Assembly (NCBI GenBank): GCA_038321865.1
Contig: JBBQFH010000003.1
Location: 32,001 to 96,000 of the forward strand
DNA: 64,000 nucleotides
Source: Gemmatimonadales bacterium
GTDB lineage: Bacteria; Gemmatimonadota; Gemmatimonadetes; Gemmatimonadales; GWC2-71-9
Direction of reading: 5' to 3'
The notes beneath the pieces are model-generated. The model ran no database searches and had not been told where the DNA came from. It saw only the letters and a program-made list of their open reading frames with translations. Position numbers and translations under genes: made by a program. Below, piece after piece: positions 1 through 8,831 of the stretch. The first letter of the stretch is position 1; each line of letters opens with the position of its first letter.

Positions 1-1057
1 GGCGGACGTGCTCCACGTGCCGCCGGTCCGACTGGCACCGCTCGGCGAACTCGCGCACCAGGCGCAGCGGATCGGTGCGCCGCTCGATCCCGGCACCGGC
101 CATCTCCAGCAGCAGCCCCTCGCGCAGTCCGTACGCGCTCACCGTGATCGAGCGCGCATTCGCCAGTGCCAGCAGCTCGGCGCAGACGGCGACGCCCGCC
201 AGGATGATGTCGGACCGCTGGGGGTTGAGGCCGGGCACGGCGCGCCGCTGCTCCGGCGTCTTGGTCGCCAGCCACTCGAGGAGGTGCTCCACCTCCGCGG
301 TCGCGACCGAGAGCCCGTGGACCATGGCCGGACCCGACCCGCCCCGGCGCGCTACCGCCATCCGGGCGAGGTTGGTAAAGGTGCCGCCGGAGCCGATCAC
401 GCGGGACGCGGTCCACTCGCGGTCGGCCAGCTCCCGGCGGAGCTGTTTCCGGATATGGCTCCGGAGCTTCCGCACGCCGGTGAGCGAGTCCTTCGAGCCG
501 CCGAGATAGAGCTCGGTGAGACGGACGGCGCCGAGGGGAAGCGATTGGGTCAGCTCGACCAGGCCGTTGACGGCGCCGATCAGCTCGAGACTCCCGCCGC
601 CGATGTCGGCGACGAGGGTCCGGGTATCGTCGAGCTGGAAATGATGCGCCACCGAGCGGTAGGAGAGCGACGCCTCCGTCTCGGCGTCGATCAGCCGGAG
701 CGGAATCCCCAGCTCGCTCCGCACCCGGGCGATGAACTCGCCGCCGTTGGACGCCTCACGCACCGCCGCCGTGGCGACGGCGGAGATCCGCTTGACCCCC
801 CGGCGCTCGCAGACGTCACGCATCCGGCGGAGGGCGGTGAGCGCGCGTTCCATCGCCGCGTCGTCGAGCTGGCCGGTGGTGGCGAGCCCCTGGGCCAGCC
901 GGGGCTGATCCTTCACCTCGTCGATCACCGTGAGCCCCGACGCCGGATCGTACTCGGCGACGAGGAGCCGGATCGAGTTGGATCCGACGTCGAGCGCGCC
1001 CAGCCGCTCGCGCGGCTCGGCGGCGGCCGGCGGGGTGGGCTCGACCGAATCGCTCAC
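1..1057 (-). CDS. ppx: Ppx/GppA exopolyphosphatase (runs off the window edge)
   Basis: Hand translation from GTG at 1057 gives LGALDVGSNSIRLLVAE, VATAAVREASNG and DIGGGSLE motifs; GTGA overlap with the phoU stop. Confidence 0.9.
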   Translation of the reverse strand, partial: MSDSVEPTPPAAAEPRERLGALDVGSNSIRLLVAEYDPASGLTVIDEVKDQPRLAQGLATTGQLDDAAMERALTALRRMRDVCERRGVKRISAVATAAVREASNGGEFIARVRSELGIPLRLIDAETEASLSYRSVAHHFQLDDTRTLVADIGGGSLELIGAVNGLVELTQSLPLGAVRLTELYLGGSKDSLTGVRKLRSHIRKQLRRELADREWTASRVIGSGGTFTNLARMAVARRGGSGPAMVHGLSVATAEVEHLLEWLATKTPEQRRAVPGLNPQRSDIILAGVAVCAELLALANARSITVSAYGLREGLLLEMAGAGIERRTDPLRLVREFAERCQSDRRHVEHVR

Positions 1058-1761
1058 GGCCCCGCCGCCTCGGCGGGCAGCGCTTCGCCGCCGTCCTCCG
1101 CGTGGTGCTTGATGGACTTGCCCTCCACCAGGAAGACCACGTCCTCGCCGATGTTGGTGGCGAGGTCGGCGACGCGCTCGAGGTTCCGGCTCACCAGGAA
1201 CAGCTCCATGCCGGCGCTGATGGTGTGCTGGTCCTCCATCATGTGCGTGAGCAGGATGCGGAAGACCGAGTCGTGCAGCGCATCCACCTTGTCGTCCCGG
1301 CGGCAGACTTCCCGGCCGGCCTTGGCATCGCCGCGGATGAACGCCTCGAGGGCGTCCGACAGCATCTCGCGGGCGAGGCGCGCCATCTCGACGATCTCCG
1401 GCTCCGGCGTGATCGGCCGAGTCTGCACCAGGCGCTGAGTGGACTGCGCGATGTTGACGGCGTGATCGCCCACCCGCTCGAGATCGTTGGCGATCTTGAG
1501 GGCGGAGGTGAGCATCCGCAGGTCACGCGCCATCGGCTGCTGGAGCGCGAGGAGATTGACGCAGCGATCCTCGATCTCGATCTCCATGTTGTCGATCAGC
1601 CGGTCGCCGGCGATCACCTGCGCCGCCTTGGCGCTGTCGCGCTCGAGCAGCGCCTCGATGGCGAGCCCCAGCGCCGCCTCCGCCTCACCCGACATGGTGA
1701 GGAGGCGGGCCTTGAGATCGTTCAGCTCGTCGTGGAAGTGCCGCCTGACGTCGGGGCTCAT
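1054..1761 (-). CDS. phoU: Phosphate signalling protein PhoU
   Basis: [23 protein letters not shown] and [14 protein letters not shown] repeats; follows pstB. Confidence 0.95.
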   Translation of the reverse strand: MSPDVRRHFHDELNDLKARLLTMSGEAEAALGLAIEALLERDSAKAAQVIAGDRLIDNMEIEIEDRCVNLLALQQPMARDLRMLTSALKIANDLERVGDHAVNIAQSTQRLVQTRPITPEPEIVEMARLAREMLSDALEAFIRGDAKAGREVCRRDDKVDALHDSVFRILLTHMMEDQHTISAGMELFLVSRNLERVADLATNIGEDVVFLVEGKSIKHHAEDGGEALPAEAAGP

Positions 1762-2603
1762 CCGAACCTCCCGGTGATGTACGCCTCGGTGCGCTCATTG
1801 CCCGGGGCGGTGAACATGCGGTGGGTGTCGCCGTACTCGATCAGCTCGCCCGCCTCGAAGAAGGCGGTGAAATCGGAGACCCGCGCCGCCTGCTGCATGT
1901 TGTGGGTGACGATCACGATGGTGTAATCCTTCTTCAATTCGAAGATAAGCTCCTCGACCTTCTGGGTGGCGTTGGGGTCGAGCGCCGACGCCGGCTCGTC
2001 CATCAGCAGCACGTCAGGCTGGTTGCCCAGCGCGCGGGCAATGCAGAGCCGCTGCTGCTGGCCACCGGAAAGACTCGTTCCCGGCGAATCGAGCCGGTCC
2101 TTCACCTCGTCCCACAGCGCAGCCTGGCGGAGGCAGCGCTCCACCAGCTCCGGCAGCTCGCGCTTCGGCACCAGCCGGTTGAGGGCGGGGCCGTAGGCGA
2201 CGTTGTCGTAGATCGAGCGGGGGAAGGGGTTGGGCCGCTGGAACACCATGCCCACCCGCTGGCGCAGGGTCACGAGGTCCATCCCCGCGGCGAAGATCGA
2301 CCGGCCCTCGACCAGGATGTCGCCTTCGTAGCGGGCGCCGGGTGCCAGATCGTGGAGCCGGTTGATCGAGCGCAGGAAGGTGCTCTTGCCGCTGCCGGAC
2401 GGGCCGATCACCGCCGTCACGGCTCGGCGCCGGATCGCGAGATCCAGCCCCTTGAGCACCAGCCGCTCGCCGTAGGAAAAGCGGAAGCCGCGCACGTCCA
2501 CCGCCGGTCCCGCGCCGGCATCGCCCTGCGGTCTGGGCGCCGGCGGCACGGGTGCGGCGGTGAGTGCGCCTGCCATCGTTGGTCGCGTCATGGTCGTGGT
2601 CAT
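1758..2603 (-). CDS. pstB: Phosphate ABC transporter ATPase PstB (copy 1)
   Basis: [46 protein letters not shown]; start placed at the ATG overlapping the upstream pstB stop. Confidence 0.93.
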   Translation of the reverse strand: MTTTMTRPTMAGALTAAPVPPAPRPQGDAGAGPAVDVRGFRFSYGERLVLKGLDLAIRRRAVTAVIGPSGSGKSTFLRSINRLHDLAPGARYEGDILVEGRSIFAAGMDLVTLRQRVGMVFQRPNPFPRSIYDNVAYGPALNRLVPKRELPELVERCLRQAALWDEVKDRLDSPGTSLSGGQQQRLCIARALGNQPDVLLMDEPASALDPNATQKVEELIFELKKDYTIVIVTHNMQQAARVSDFTAFFEAGELIEYGDTHRMFTAPGNERTEAYITGRFG

Positions 2604-3376
2604 CCGAATCGTCCGGTGATGTAGGCCTCGGTCTGTTCCTGCTTCGGCGCGGTGAAGATCCGCCGGGTCGGGCCGGTCTCGATCATCTCGCCGACGTAGA
2701 AGAACGTCGTCGTGTCGGAGACACGGGCCGCCTGCTGCATGTTGTGCGTCACGATGACGATGGTGAAATCCTTCTTGAGATCCACCAGCAGGTCCTCGAT
2801 CCGCTGGGTGCCCTGCGGGTCGAGCGACGCGGTCGGCTCGTCGAGCAGGATCACCTCCGGCTGCGGCGCGATCGTCCGGGCGACGCAGAGCCGCTGCTGC
2901 TGTCCGCCGGAGAGCGCCATCGCGCTCTTTTTCAGCCGGTCCTTCACCTCGTCCCACAGCGCCGCCTGCCGGAGCGAGCGCTCGACCGCCTCGTCGAGCT
3001 CGCCGCCGCGGAGCTTGCCGACCTTGTTGGAGACCCGGAGTCCGGCCGCGACGTTGTCGTACACCGAAAGCATCGGAAACGGCGTGGGCTTCTGGAACAC
3101 CATGCCGACCCGCCGCCGGAGCTGCATCGCGTTCACCTTCGGCCCGTAGACGTCCTCGCCGTCGAGCAGGACGCGGCCCTGAATGGCGGCGCCCTCGGTC
3201 AGCTCGTGGAGGCGGTTGATCGTCCGGAGGAAAGTGGACTTCCCGCACCCGGACGGGCCGATCAGGGCATGCACCTGATTCTCGGCGAAGTCGAGCGACA
3301 CATTCTTCACGGCGGCGAAGGTGCCGTAGGTCGCGGTGAGCGAGTCGGTGGCGAGACGGCAGGCGGTGTCACCCAT
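2600..3376 (-). CDS. pstB: Phosphate ABC transporter ATPase PstB (copy 2)
   Basis: [36 protein letters not shown]. Confidence 0.95.
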   Translation of the reverse strand: MGDTACRLATDSLTATYGTFAAVKNVSLDFAENQVHALIGPSGCGKSTFLRTINRLHELTEGAAIQGRVLLDGEDVYGPKVNAMQLRRRVGMVFQKPTPFPMLSVYDNVAAGLRVSNKVGKLRGGELDEAVERSLRQAALWDEVKDRLKKSAMALSGGQQQRLCVARTIAPQPEVILLDEPTASLDPQGTQRIEDLLVDLKKDFTIVIVTHNMQQAARVSDTTTFFYVGEMIETGPTRRIFTAPKQEQTEAYITGRFG

Positions 3377-4232
3377 GCCGCGTCCTCCCGATGGTGAGAC
3401 GGGCCGCGACGCTCAGCACGAAGACCACGATGATCAGCACCAGCGCCGACGCCCAGGCGAAGCGGTGCCACTCCTCGTAGGGGCCGGTCGCGTAGGTGAA
3501 GACGGTGAGTGGGAGCGCCGCCATCGGCTGGTTGAGTTTGGTGCTGAAGTACTGGCTGCCGAGCGCGGTGAAGAGGAGCGGCGCCGTCTCACCGGCGATG
3601 CGCGCCACGGCGAGCATGCTGCCGGTGACGATGCCGGGCAGTGTGGAGCGCACCACCACGCCGAGCGTCGTGCGCCAGCGCGGGTAGCCGAGGGCGAGTG
3701 CCGCCTCGCGGAGCGAGTTGGGCACCAGCTTGATCATCTCCTCGGTGGTCCGCATGACCATCGGGATCATCAGCATGGCGAGGGCCGCGCTGCCGGCCAG
3801 GGCGGAGAAGTGCTTCTGCTTCGCCACGATGAGCGTCCAGGCGAAGACGCCGATCACGATGGAGGGCGTGCCGTTGAGGACGTCGGCCACGAAGCGGGTG
3901 ACCCAGGTGAGCCGGCTCGAGCGGTACTCGGCGCAGTAGATCCCCGCGGCGATCCCGATGGGGAGCCCGATGAGCGAGGCGACGCCGACGATGACCAGTG
4001 TGCCGACGATGGCGTGAGCCACCCCGCCGCCGACTTCGCCCGCGGGGACCGGGAGCTTGGTGAAGAAGGCGAGGTTGAGACTGCTCGCGCCCTTGATGAC
4101 CAGCGTCGCGAGGATCAGGACGAGCGGCAGGACCGCCAGGATGACCGCCGCGATCATCAGGCCGACCATCACGTTGCTCTTGGCGCGCCGGAACGCGCGG
4201 CGGCGGGCGCCGGATGCGGCCGCGGAAGTCAC
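3369..4232 (-). CDS. pstA: Phosphate ABC permease PstA
   Basis: [27 protein letters not shown] motifs. Confidence 0.95.
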   Translation of the reverse strand: MTSAAASGARRRAFRRAKSNVMVGLMIAAVILAVLPLVLILATLVIKGASSLNLAFFTKLPVPAGEVGGGVAHAIVGTLVIVGVASLIGLPIGIAAGIYCAEYRSSRLTWVTRFVADVLNGTPSIVIGVFAWTLIVAKQKHFSALAGSAALAMLMIPMVMRTTEEMIKLVPNSLREAALALGYPRWRTTLGVVVRSTLPGIVTGSMLAVARIAGETAPLLFTALGSQYFSTKLNQPMAALPLTVFTYATGPYEEWHRFAWASALVLIIVVFVLSVAARLTIGRTRHG

Positions 4233-5182
4233 AGCGCGCTGCTCCCGGCGCCCGAGCCGCGCGCCACCCGCCAGATGAGCAGGCGGGCGCCGGCGTTGAC
4301 CACCACCGTCACCGCGAAGAGCACCAGCGCCACGTAGGCGAGCGACGACAGGTGAATGTCGCCGACCGCCTCGGCGAATTCGTTGGCGATCGCGGCGGCC
4401 ATCGTGTAGCCCGGCGCGAAGAGCGAGGTGGCGATCTCGTGGCGGTTCCCGATCAGCATCGTCACCGCCATCGTCTCGCCGAGGGCGCGGCCGAGGCCGA
4501 GGATCACGGCGCCGATGATGCCGGAGCGGGCGTAGGGGATGACGGCGCTGGTGACTGCCTCCCAGCGGGTGGCGCCGAGGGCGAGCGCCGCCTCGCGCTG
4601 GCTGTTGGGCACGGCGAGCAGCACCTCGCGCGCCACCGACATGATGTAGGGCATCACCATGATCGCCAGGATGATGCCGGCGGAGAGCATGGAGGGGCCG
4701 TAGATCGTGCCCTGGAAGAAGGGCAGAAAGCCGAGGGTATCGCGGAGCAGCGGAAAGACGCTCGACTTGAGGAACGGGATGAGGACGAAGATTCCCCAGA
4801 GGCCGTAGACCACGCTGGGGATCGCGGCCAGCAGGCCGATCACGAAGGCCACCGGCTGCCGGAGTGCATTGGGCGCGAATTCGGTGAGGTAGATCGCGAC
4901 GCCGAGCGAGAGTGGGACGGCGATCACCAGCGCGATGAGCGAGGAGACCAGCGTCCCGAAGATCAGCGGCAGCGCCCCGAACTGCTCGGCGACCGGATCC
5001 CAGGTGCTGGTCGTGACGAAGCCGAGCCCGAAGCGCCGGACCGCCGGCGCCGCCTCACCCCAGAGCTGCCAGATCAGGAGCGCGAGCAGGACCGGGATGA
5101 CGACGGCGGCGACGGTGAGGATGGTGCGGAAGACGCGGTCGCCGTGGCTGCGTCGGAAGAGGGTCGGGCGCGCGGTCGTCAT
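4229..5182 (-). CDS. pstC: Phosphate ABC permease PstC
   Basis: LAAIPSVVYGLWG, GRALGETMAV, IANEF motifs. Confidence 0.95.
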   Translation of the reverse strand: MTTARPTLFRRSHGDRVFRTILTVAAVVIPVLLALLIWQLWGEAAPAVRRFGLGFVTTSTWDPVAEQFGALPLIFGTLVSSLIALVIAVPLSLGVAIYLTEFAPNALRQPVAFVIGLLAAIPSVVYGLWGIFVLIPFLKSSVFPLLRDTLGFLPFFQGTIYGPSMLSAGIILAIMVMPYIMSVAREVLLAVPNSQREAALALGATRWEAVTSAVIPYARSGIIGAVILGLGRALGETMAVTMLIGNRHEIATSLFAPGYTMAAAIANEFAEAVGDIHLSSLAYVALVLFAVTVVVNAGARLLIWRVARGSGAGSSAL

Positions 5183-5215
5183 GGAGCGGGAGTCTACCGG
5201 CGCTCCCGCTCCATG
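5180..5215. promoter_or_regulatory. Perfect 13-bp inverted repeat enclosing the pstC start codon
   Basis: CATGGAGCGGGAG (5180-5192) / CTCCCGCTCCATG (5203-5215), 10-nt loop. Confidence 0.7.
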
Positions 5216-5217
5216 GG

Positions 5218-5245
5218 GTCACGACAACGTAACGAATGCGTCACG
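5218..5245 (-). promoter_or_regulatory. Putative Pho box upstream of pstC
   Basis: Plus-strand GTCACG 5218, GTAACG 5229, GTCACG 5240: three hexamers at exact 11-bp period. Confidence 0.65.
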
Positions 5246-5264
5246 ACCACCCCCATGCCCTATG

Positions 5265-6329
5265 CTACATCGCGGCCAGACGTGCGCGCACCAGCTCGAT
5301 GACGGGCATCGGAAGCGGGCCATACTGCAGGTCGGCGGCCATGCGCTGAGCCTCGGGGCCGATCATCCAGGTGCCGAAGGCCTTGAGCTGGCCGGCCTTG
5401 GCCGTGTCGCTCATCGTCTTGTGAAGGAGCAGCCAGGTGAATGATGAGATCGGATACGCGTCCGCACCCGCCGCGTTAGTGATCGACACCCGGAAATCGG
5501 TATCACGCCCTAACGCGGCGCCGGCGGCAGCGGCACTCACACTCTTGAGCGACGCCTCGACGAAGGCGCCCGAGGCATTCCTGACCTGGGCGTACGGCAG
5601 CTTGTTGGAGACGGCGTAGATCAGCTCGACGTAACCGAGCGACCCCGGATTCTGCTTGACCTGCTGCGTCACGCCTTCGTTGCCCTTGCCGCCCAGGCCG
5701 ACCGGCCAGTTGACCGACGTATTCTTGCCGACCTTGCTGCTCCACTCCGGAGACACCTTGGTGAGGAAGTCGGTGAAGATGTAGCTGGTGCCTGATCCAT
5801 CCGAGCGGTGGGCGACGATGATGTCACCCGCGGGCAGCTTTGCGCCGGGATTCAGCTGCACGATCCGCCGGTCGTTCCACTTGGTGATCTTTCCCAGAAA
5901 GACATCGGCGATGAGAGGGCCATCGAACTTGAGCACGGTGGCTCCGAGCTCCGGCACGTTGTAGGTCAGGACGACCGCGCCGAGGACGGTTGGAATATGG
6001 ACCACGTTGCCCTGGACCGCCGCGACCTGCGCATCAGTCATCGGGCCGTCCGTGGCGCCGAAGTCGACGGTGCCCTCGGTAAACTGGCGGATTCCGCCGC
6101 CGGAGCCGATGGACTGGTAGTTGATGTGTACGCCGGTGGCCTTGGCGTACGCATCGAACCACTTGGTATAGATGGGATTGGGGAATGTCGCGCCGGCACC
6201 TGTGAGGGTGCCGCTGGCGGGCGTCGACGGCACAGCGGCATCGCTGGACTGCTTGGGTGCGTCCTTCGTCGTGCAGGCCACCGCTGCGAGGCCGAGTGCC
6301 ACGAGCAGGGTTTGTGACGGTGATCTCAT
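5265..6329 (-). CDS. pstS: Phosphate-binding protein PstS, lipoprotein form
   Basis: GAGATFP, YQSIGSGGG, HRSDGSGTS; lipobox-like LAAVAC. Confidence 0.95.
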   Translation of the reverse strand: MRSPSQTLLVALGLAAVACTTKDAPKQSSDAAVPSTPASGTLTGAGATFPNPIYTKWFDAYAKATGVHINYQSIGSGGGIRQFTEGTVDFGATDGPMTDAQVAAVQGNVVHIPTVLGAVVLTYNVPELGATVLKFDGPLIADVFLGKITKWNDRRIVQLNPGAKLPAGDIIVAHRSDGSGTSYIFTDFLTKVSPEWSSKVGKNTSVNWPVGLGGKGNEGVTQQVKQNPGSLGYVELIYAVSNKLPYAQVRNASGAFVEASLKSVSAAAAGAALGRDTDFRVSITNAAGADAYPISSFTWLLLHKTMSDTAKAGQLKAFGTWMIGPEAQRMAADLQYGPLPMPVIELVRARLAAM

Positions 6330-6358
6330 GGTGAGTCCTCGCGCCCGGTGAAACGCCG

Positions 6359-6394
6359 GAGCGGCCGGCGCCCCGGGAAAGGCGCCGGCCGCTC
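6359..6394 (-). terminator. GC-rich hairpin between the pstS copies (terminator or stabiliser)
   Basis: GAGCGGCCGGCGCC / GGCGCCGGCCGCTC 14-bp stem. Confidence 0.6.
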
Positions 6395-6412
6395 TCCTAC
6401 GCCAGGAATATA

Positions 6413-7462
6413 CTATTTCGCCGCGATCGCCTTGCCGTTCGACATCAGCGAGGGGAGCCGGCCGCGCACCAGCTGGACCACTGCCTTCGGCAGCGGCGCG
6501 TACTTGAGCTCGGCCGCCATCGCCTGCGCCGCCGGCGTGATCATCCAGGCCAGGAATCCCTTGACCGCGCGCGCCTTGGCGGCGTCAGCCATGTCCGGCC
6601 GCACCAGCAGCCAGGTGAACGACGAGATCGGGTAGCTGGCGGCGCCCGGGGCGTTGGTGATCGAGACCCGGAAATCGGTGTTCTTCTCGAACTTGGCGCT
6701 CGCCGCCGCGGCGGTGACGGAGGCCAGCGAGGGGTCGACGAACTTGCCGGCCGAGTTCTGCACCGTCGCGGCCGGCAGATTGTTCGAGATGGCGTAGATC
6801 AGCTCGACGTAGCCCAGCGAGCCCTCGGTCTGCTTCACCTGCTGCGTCACGCCGTCGTTGCCCTTGCCGCCGAGCCCGACGGGCCAGTTGACCGAGGTAT
6901 TACGGCCGACCTTGCTGCTCCACTCCGGTGAGACCTTCGACAGGTAGTCGCTGAAGATGTAGCTGGTGCCGGAGCCATCCGAGCGGTGCACCACGATGAT
7001 GTCGGCATTGGGCAGCTTCACGCCGGGGTTGAGCCGCGCGAGCCGCGGGTCGTTCCACTTGGTGAGCGACCCCATGAAGATGCCGGCGATGGCCGTGCCG
7101 TCGAACCGAAGCTTCGCCGCGCCGATCGCGGGCAAATTGTAGGTGAGCACCACCGCGCCCATGACGGTCGGGACGTGCAGCACCTTGCCCTGGACGGCGG
7201 TAATCTGGGCGTCGGTCATCGGGCCGTCGGTGGCGCCGAAGTCCACGGTCCCTTCGGTGAACTGGCGGATACCGCCGCCGGAGCCGATGGACTGATAGTT
7301 GATCTGCACGCCGGTCTGCTTCCCGTAGACGTCGAACCACTTGCTGTAGATCGGGTTCGGGAAGGTGGCGCCGGCGCCGGTGAGCGCGGTCTGCGCCGCG
7401 GCCGGCTGTGCCGCCAGGATGAGTGCGCCCAGCAGGGCTGCGCTCGAGAGTTTGCGAATCAT
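6413..7462 (-). CDS. pstS: Phosphate-binding protein PstS, signal-peptide form
   Basis: Same motifs as the other copy; Sec signal ending AAA-Q. Confidence 0.95.
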   Translation of the reverse strand: MIRKLSSAALLGALILAAQPAAAQTALTGAGATFPNPIYSKWFDVYGKQTGVQINYQSIGSGGGIRQFTEGTVDFGATDGPMTDAQITAVQGKVLHVPTVMGAVVLTYNLPAIGAAKLRFDGTAIAGIFMGSLTKWNDPRLARLNPGVKLPNADIIVVHRSDGSGTSYIFSDYLSKVSPEWSSKVGRNTSVNWPVGLGGKGNDGVTQQVKQTEGSLGYVELIYAISNNLPAATVQNSAGKFVDPSLASVTAAAASAKFEKNTDFRVSITNAPGAASYPISSFTWLLVRPDMADAAKARAVKGFLAWMITPAAQAMAAELKYAPLPKAVVQLVRGRLPSLMSNGKAIAAK

Positions 7463-7490
7463 CTGATCCTCTTTCGTGGCGTCGGGCCGG

Positions 7491-8612
7491 TCAGAAGGTG
7501 AACTGGGCCTGGAACAGCCCCTGGGTCTTGGTCGCGTACTGCGCCGGGGTGGTGATGCCGCCCTCGTAGGCGATGTTGTCCACGTCGGCGAGGAGGCGGA
7601 GGTTCGGCGTGAGCTGGTATGACGCGCCGGCGATGAAGCGCGTCTGCCGGTTGTTGGCGACGTCGGTATTCGGATCGGTGATGTCCACCCGGCCGATGAT
7701 CGAGGCCTTCGAGTTCGGGATGTGGAGCACGCCGAAGGCGCTGACCACGCGGCCCTTGACGGTGGCGCCGGTCGGCGTGGCCGGGGCGGGCGGGTTGTCC
7801 GACCGGTCCTCGGTGTGGGTGTACTCGGCGGCCAGCGTCACGAGCTTGCTCCGATAGGAGAGCATGCCGAGGAAGCGGTCACGGCGGCCGCCGCCGGTGG
7901 GCTTCCCGACCTGGGCGTAGGCCGTCGCGCGGAGGCCGCCGACCTTGCTCCCGTCATCGGTGGCGAGGATCCGGGCGGAGACTCGGCCCATGACGTCCTT
8001 CCGCTTGTCGCCGGGGGCCTTGTTGTAGTTCTCGCCGTTGTAGACGCCGACCTGGGCGTTGAGCAGGTCCTTGCTCCAGCTGCCGTCCACGCCGGCGCCG
8101 AAGTCGGAGCTGGAGATGTAGCCGCCGCGCTCGAGCGCCATCTGTCCCTGCATCCGGTAGTCCCAGAGCGCCTCTTCCCAGTCGAGCAGTGGCGTGTGAA
8201 TCTGGCCCAGCTTGAAGGTGAGCGGGCTGCCGTGGGGGGTGTAGCCGAAGTAGGCGTACTTGAGGCGGTAGCCGAGGGAGCCGTCGGCGTTCCGGTAGAT
8301 ATCGGCGGTGACGCGCGTCCCGAGTCCGCCGTTGAACTTCCCGATCACGTTCACGTAGGCCCGGGTCACGTCGAAATTGTTGACGTGGTTCGCCGTGTCC
8401 TTCAGCTGGTAGAGATACTGCGCGTAGACCACGCCGCTGACGGTGATGGGGGAAGGCGCGGGGGCGGACTGGGTCGGCGCAGCGTGGGGTGCCGCCGCGG
8501 CCGAATCGGGTGCGTGCGGCGTCATCGTCGGCTGCTGTCCGGCGAGCCCGCCGCCAACAGTGAACGTGACTACGGCCAGCAGAATCGTGCGACGGGCTAC
8601 CGTGTGCATCAT
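7491..8612 (-). CDS. Outer-membrane porin (phosphate-selective porin-like)
   Basis: Signal peptide, FDVTRAYVN and LKYAY motifs, C-terminal Phe; first gene of the pst run. Confidence 0.75.
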   Translation of the reverse strand: MMHTVARRTILLAVVTFTVGGGLAGQQPTMTPHAPDSAAAAPHAAPTQSAPAPSPITVSGVVYAQYLYQLKDTANHVNNFDVTRAYVNVIGKFNGGLGTRVTADIYRNADGSLGYRLKYAYFGYTPHGSPLTFKLGQIHTPLLDWEEALWDYRMQGQMALERGGYISSSDFGAGVDGSWSKDLLNAQVGVYNGENYNKAPGDKRKDVMGRVSARILATDDGSKVGGLRATAYAQVGKPTGGGRRDRFLGMLSYRSKLVTLAAEYTHTEDRSDNPPAPATPTGATVKGRVVSAFGVLHIPNSKASIIGRVDITDPNTDVANNRQTRFIAGASYQLTPNLRLLADVDNIAYEGGITTPAQYATKTQGLFQAQFTF

Positions 8613-8682
8613 GACCTCGCGTGTGCGTTGGGCGCGTTCCCGCGCCCTGGGTGCTTCAGCGACAGCAAGAACGCCATTCGTC

Positions 8683-8790
8683 GTAACGGCAACCCCGCTA
8701 CCGTGTCACGGATGAGTAACGAAGCACGGCGACGACGCTGCCGGTCACGGCCGTGACAGAACCGTTGCGACTCCATCGCGATTCCGTCAC
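8683..8790. promoter_or_regulatory. Divergent putative Pho boxes between the porin and the TonB receptor
   Basis: GTAACG 8683, GTCACG 8705, GTAACG 8716 face the porin; CGTGAC 8752, CGTTGC 8763, CATCGC 8774, CGTCAC 8785 face the receptor; both sets in 11-bp phase. Confidence 0.6.
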
Positions 8791-8831
8791 GGGCCACGGA
8801 GAGTTTGCGCTGTCTCTCTCCCGGGAATCCG

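Noticed and set aside
8..8756. Long plus-strand ORFs over the pst cluster, and similar shadow ORFs elsewhere
   Set aside because: Antisense or alternate-frame shadows typical of high GC; the opposite frames carry clear family motifs
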